Position numbers and translations under genes: made by a program
Shown: positions 31,723 through 32,000 of the stretch, in pieces
Layout of the letters: every line of letters starts with the position of its first letter
Numbering within the stretch: the stretch's first letter is position 1
Notes under the pieces: generated by a model
Told to the model about the DNA's origin: nothing
The model's input: the letters and a program-made list of their open reading frames with translations, nothing else
Databases searched by the model: none
Assembly (NCBI GenBank): GCA_965213895.1
Contig: OZ243918.1
Span: 702,766 to 734,765 of the forward strand
Origin: Rubrobacteraceae bacterium
Lineage (GTDB): Bacteria; Actinomycetota; Rubrobacteria; Rubrobacterales; Rubrobacteraceae
Length of the DNA stretch: 32,000 nucleotides
Direction: 5' to 3'

Positions 31723-32000
31723 ACGTAACTATAGTCAGTGTAGTTATCGTTTATCTGTTGGTAACCATCGCCATCGGGGTCTGGGCGACCGCCCGGACAA
31801 AAAACGCTTCGGACTTCTTCGTAGCGGGCCGCAGCCTGGGCATGTTCGTGGTGGCGATGGCGGTGTTTACGTCCATTCAGAGCGGGTTCGGGGTTCTGGG
31901 CGGTACGGGACTCACCTTCGATGCGGGCTTCGGTGGTTTCGTCGCCGGTATTGGTTTCGCGGCTCCTTTGGGGTTTGTGTTGGCCTGGTATCTCGCGGCG
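31719..32000 (+). CDS. Sodium:solute symporter (SSS) family protein, 5' partial (runs off the window)
   Basis: My translation from ATG 31719 is MNVTIVSVVIVYLLVTIAIGVWATARTKNASDFFVAGRSLGMFVVAMAVFTSIQSGFGVLGGTG... This is the canonical SSS N-terminus. The frame stays open to the window end. Confidence 0.8.
   Translation, partial: MNVTIVSVVIVYLLVTIAIGVWATARTKNASDFFVAGRSLGMFVVAMAVFTSIQSGFGVLGGTGLTFDAGFGGFVAGIGFAAPLGFVLAWYLAA

Noticed and set aside
1-32000. A search by eye for CRISPR arrays, tRNA or rRNA genes, IS elements, integrases, and toxin-antitoxin or known defence operons.
   Set aside because: I saw no regularly spaced direct repeats, no cloverleaf-like or rRNA-like segments, and no transposase or recombinase-like translations in the ORF track. 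Absence is based on manual reading only and should be confirmed with tRNAscan-SE, Infernal/Rfam, ISfinder and DefenseFinder.

Overview
This is a 32-kb, densely coding bacterial chromosomal segment. Hand counts of typical 60-nt lines give about 62-63% GC. Genes commonly have GGAGG-type ribosome-binding sites, GTG or TTG starts, and 1-4 nt start/stop overlaps (ATGA, GTGA, TTGA, TAATG). The protein families suggest an actinobacterial, perhaps Rubrobacter-like, genome, but that is only a guess.

I support about 45 genes, in these modules:
- 243-966: an uncharacterised overlapping two-gene cassette.
- 1091-1528: a RidA-family protein.
- 1536-5772: a five-gene redox or quinone-detoxification operon (NmrA, NAD(P)-binding SDR, quinone oxidoreductase, DsbA/FrnE-like, SRPBCC), divergent from an HxlR regulator.
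- 5769-9118: a frameshifted TetR gene divergent from a DrrA/DrrB-like ABC exporter (one ATPase, two ABC-2 permeases).
- 9128-10570: a PadR regulator plus membrane-protein module of lower GC.
- 10831-13161: PLP-related genes (aminotransferase, DUF427, pdxH).
- 13183-14340: a divergent TetR/VOC pair.
- 14535-15790: a FAH-family hydrolase plus a stand-alone B12-binding domain protein.
- 15800-16554: a decayed metallophosphoesterase pseudogene.
- 16653-18406: LysE exporter, enoyl-CoA hydratase and a thioesterase remnant.
- 18502-18985: a frameshifted DoxX gene.
- 19073-20617: an ECF41-type sigma factor and CMD-family operon preceded by an exact TGTCACA-N16-CGTC promoter signature.
- 20618-26723: beta-oxidation-type genes (HSD10-like SDR, thiolase, acyl-CoA synthetase) and a CocE/NonD hydrolase, interrupted by a roughly 0.75-kb low-GC orphan gene at 21525-22145.
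- 26918-29131: a sulfur cluster (45-codon small ORF, Cys-less Rrf2, cysC, TauE).
- 29311-32000: HCCA-isomerase-like DsbA protein, AtoE-type short-chain fatty acid transporter, a small membrane protein, and the 5' end of a sodium:solute symporter.

I saw no rRNA, tRNA, CRISPR array, transposase or integrase.

I do not see a recognisable multi-gene defence, secretion or mobile system. The most unusual signals are:
- four disrupted genes within 13 kb;
- the low-GC orphan insertion;
- the self-contained ECF41 locus;
- a shared CGGAC-N4-GTCCG palindrome at two promoters;
- the unknown Cys-rich plus SseB-like gene pair at the left edge.
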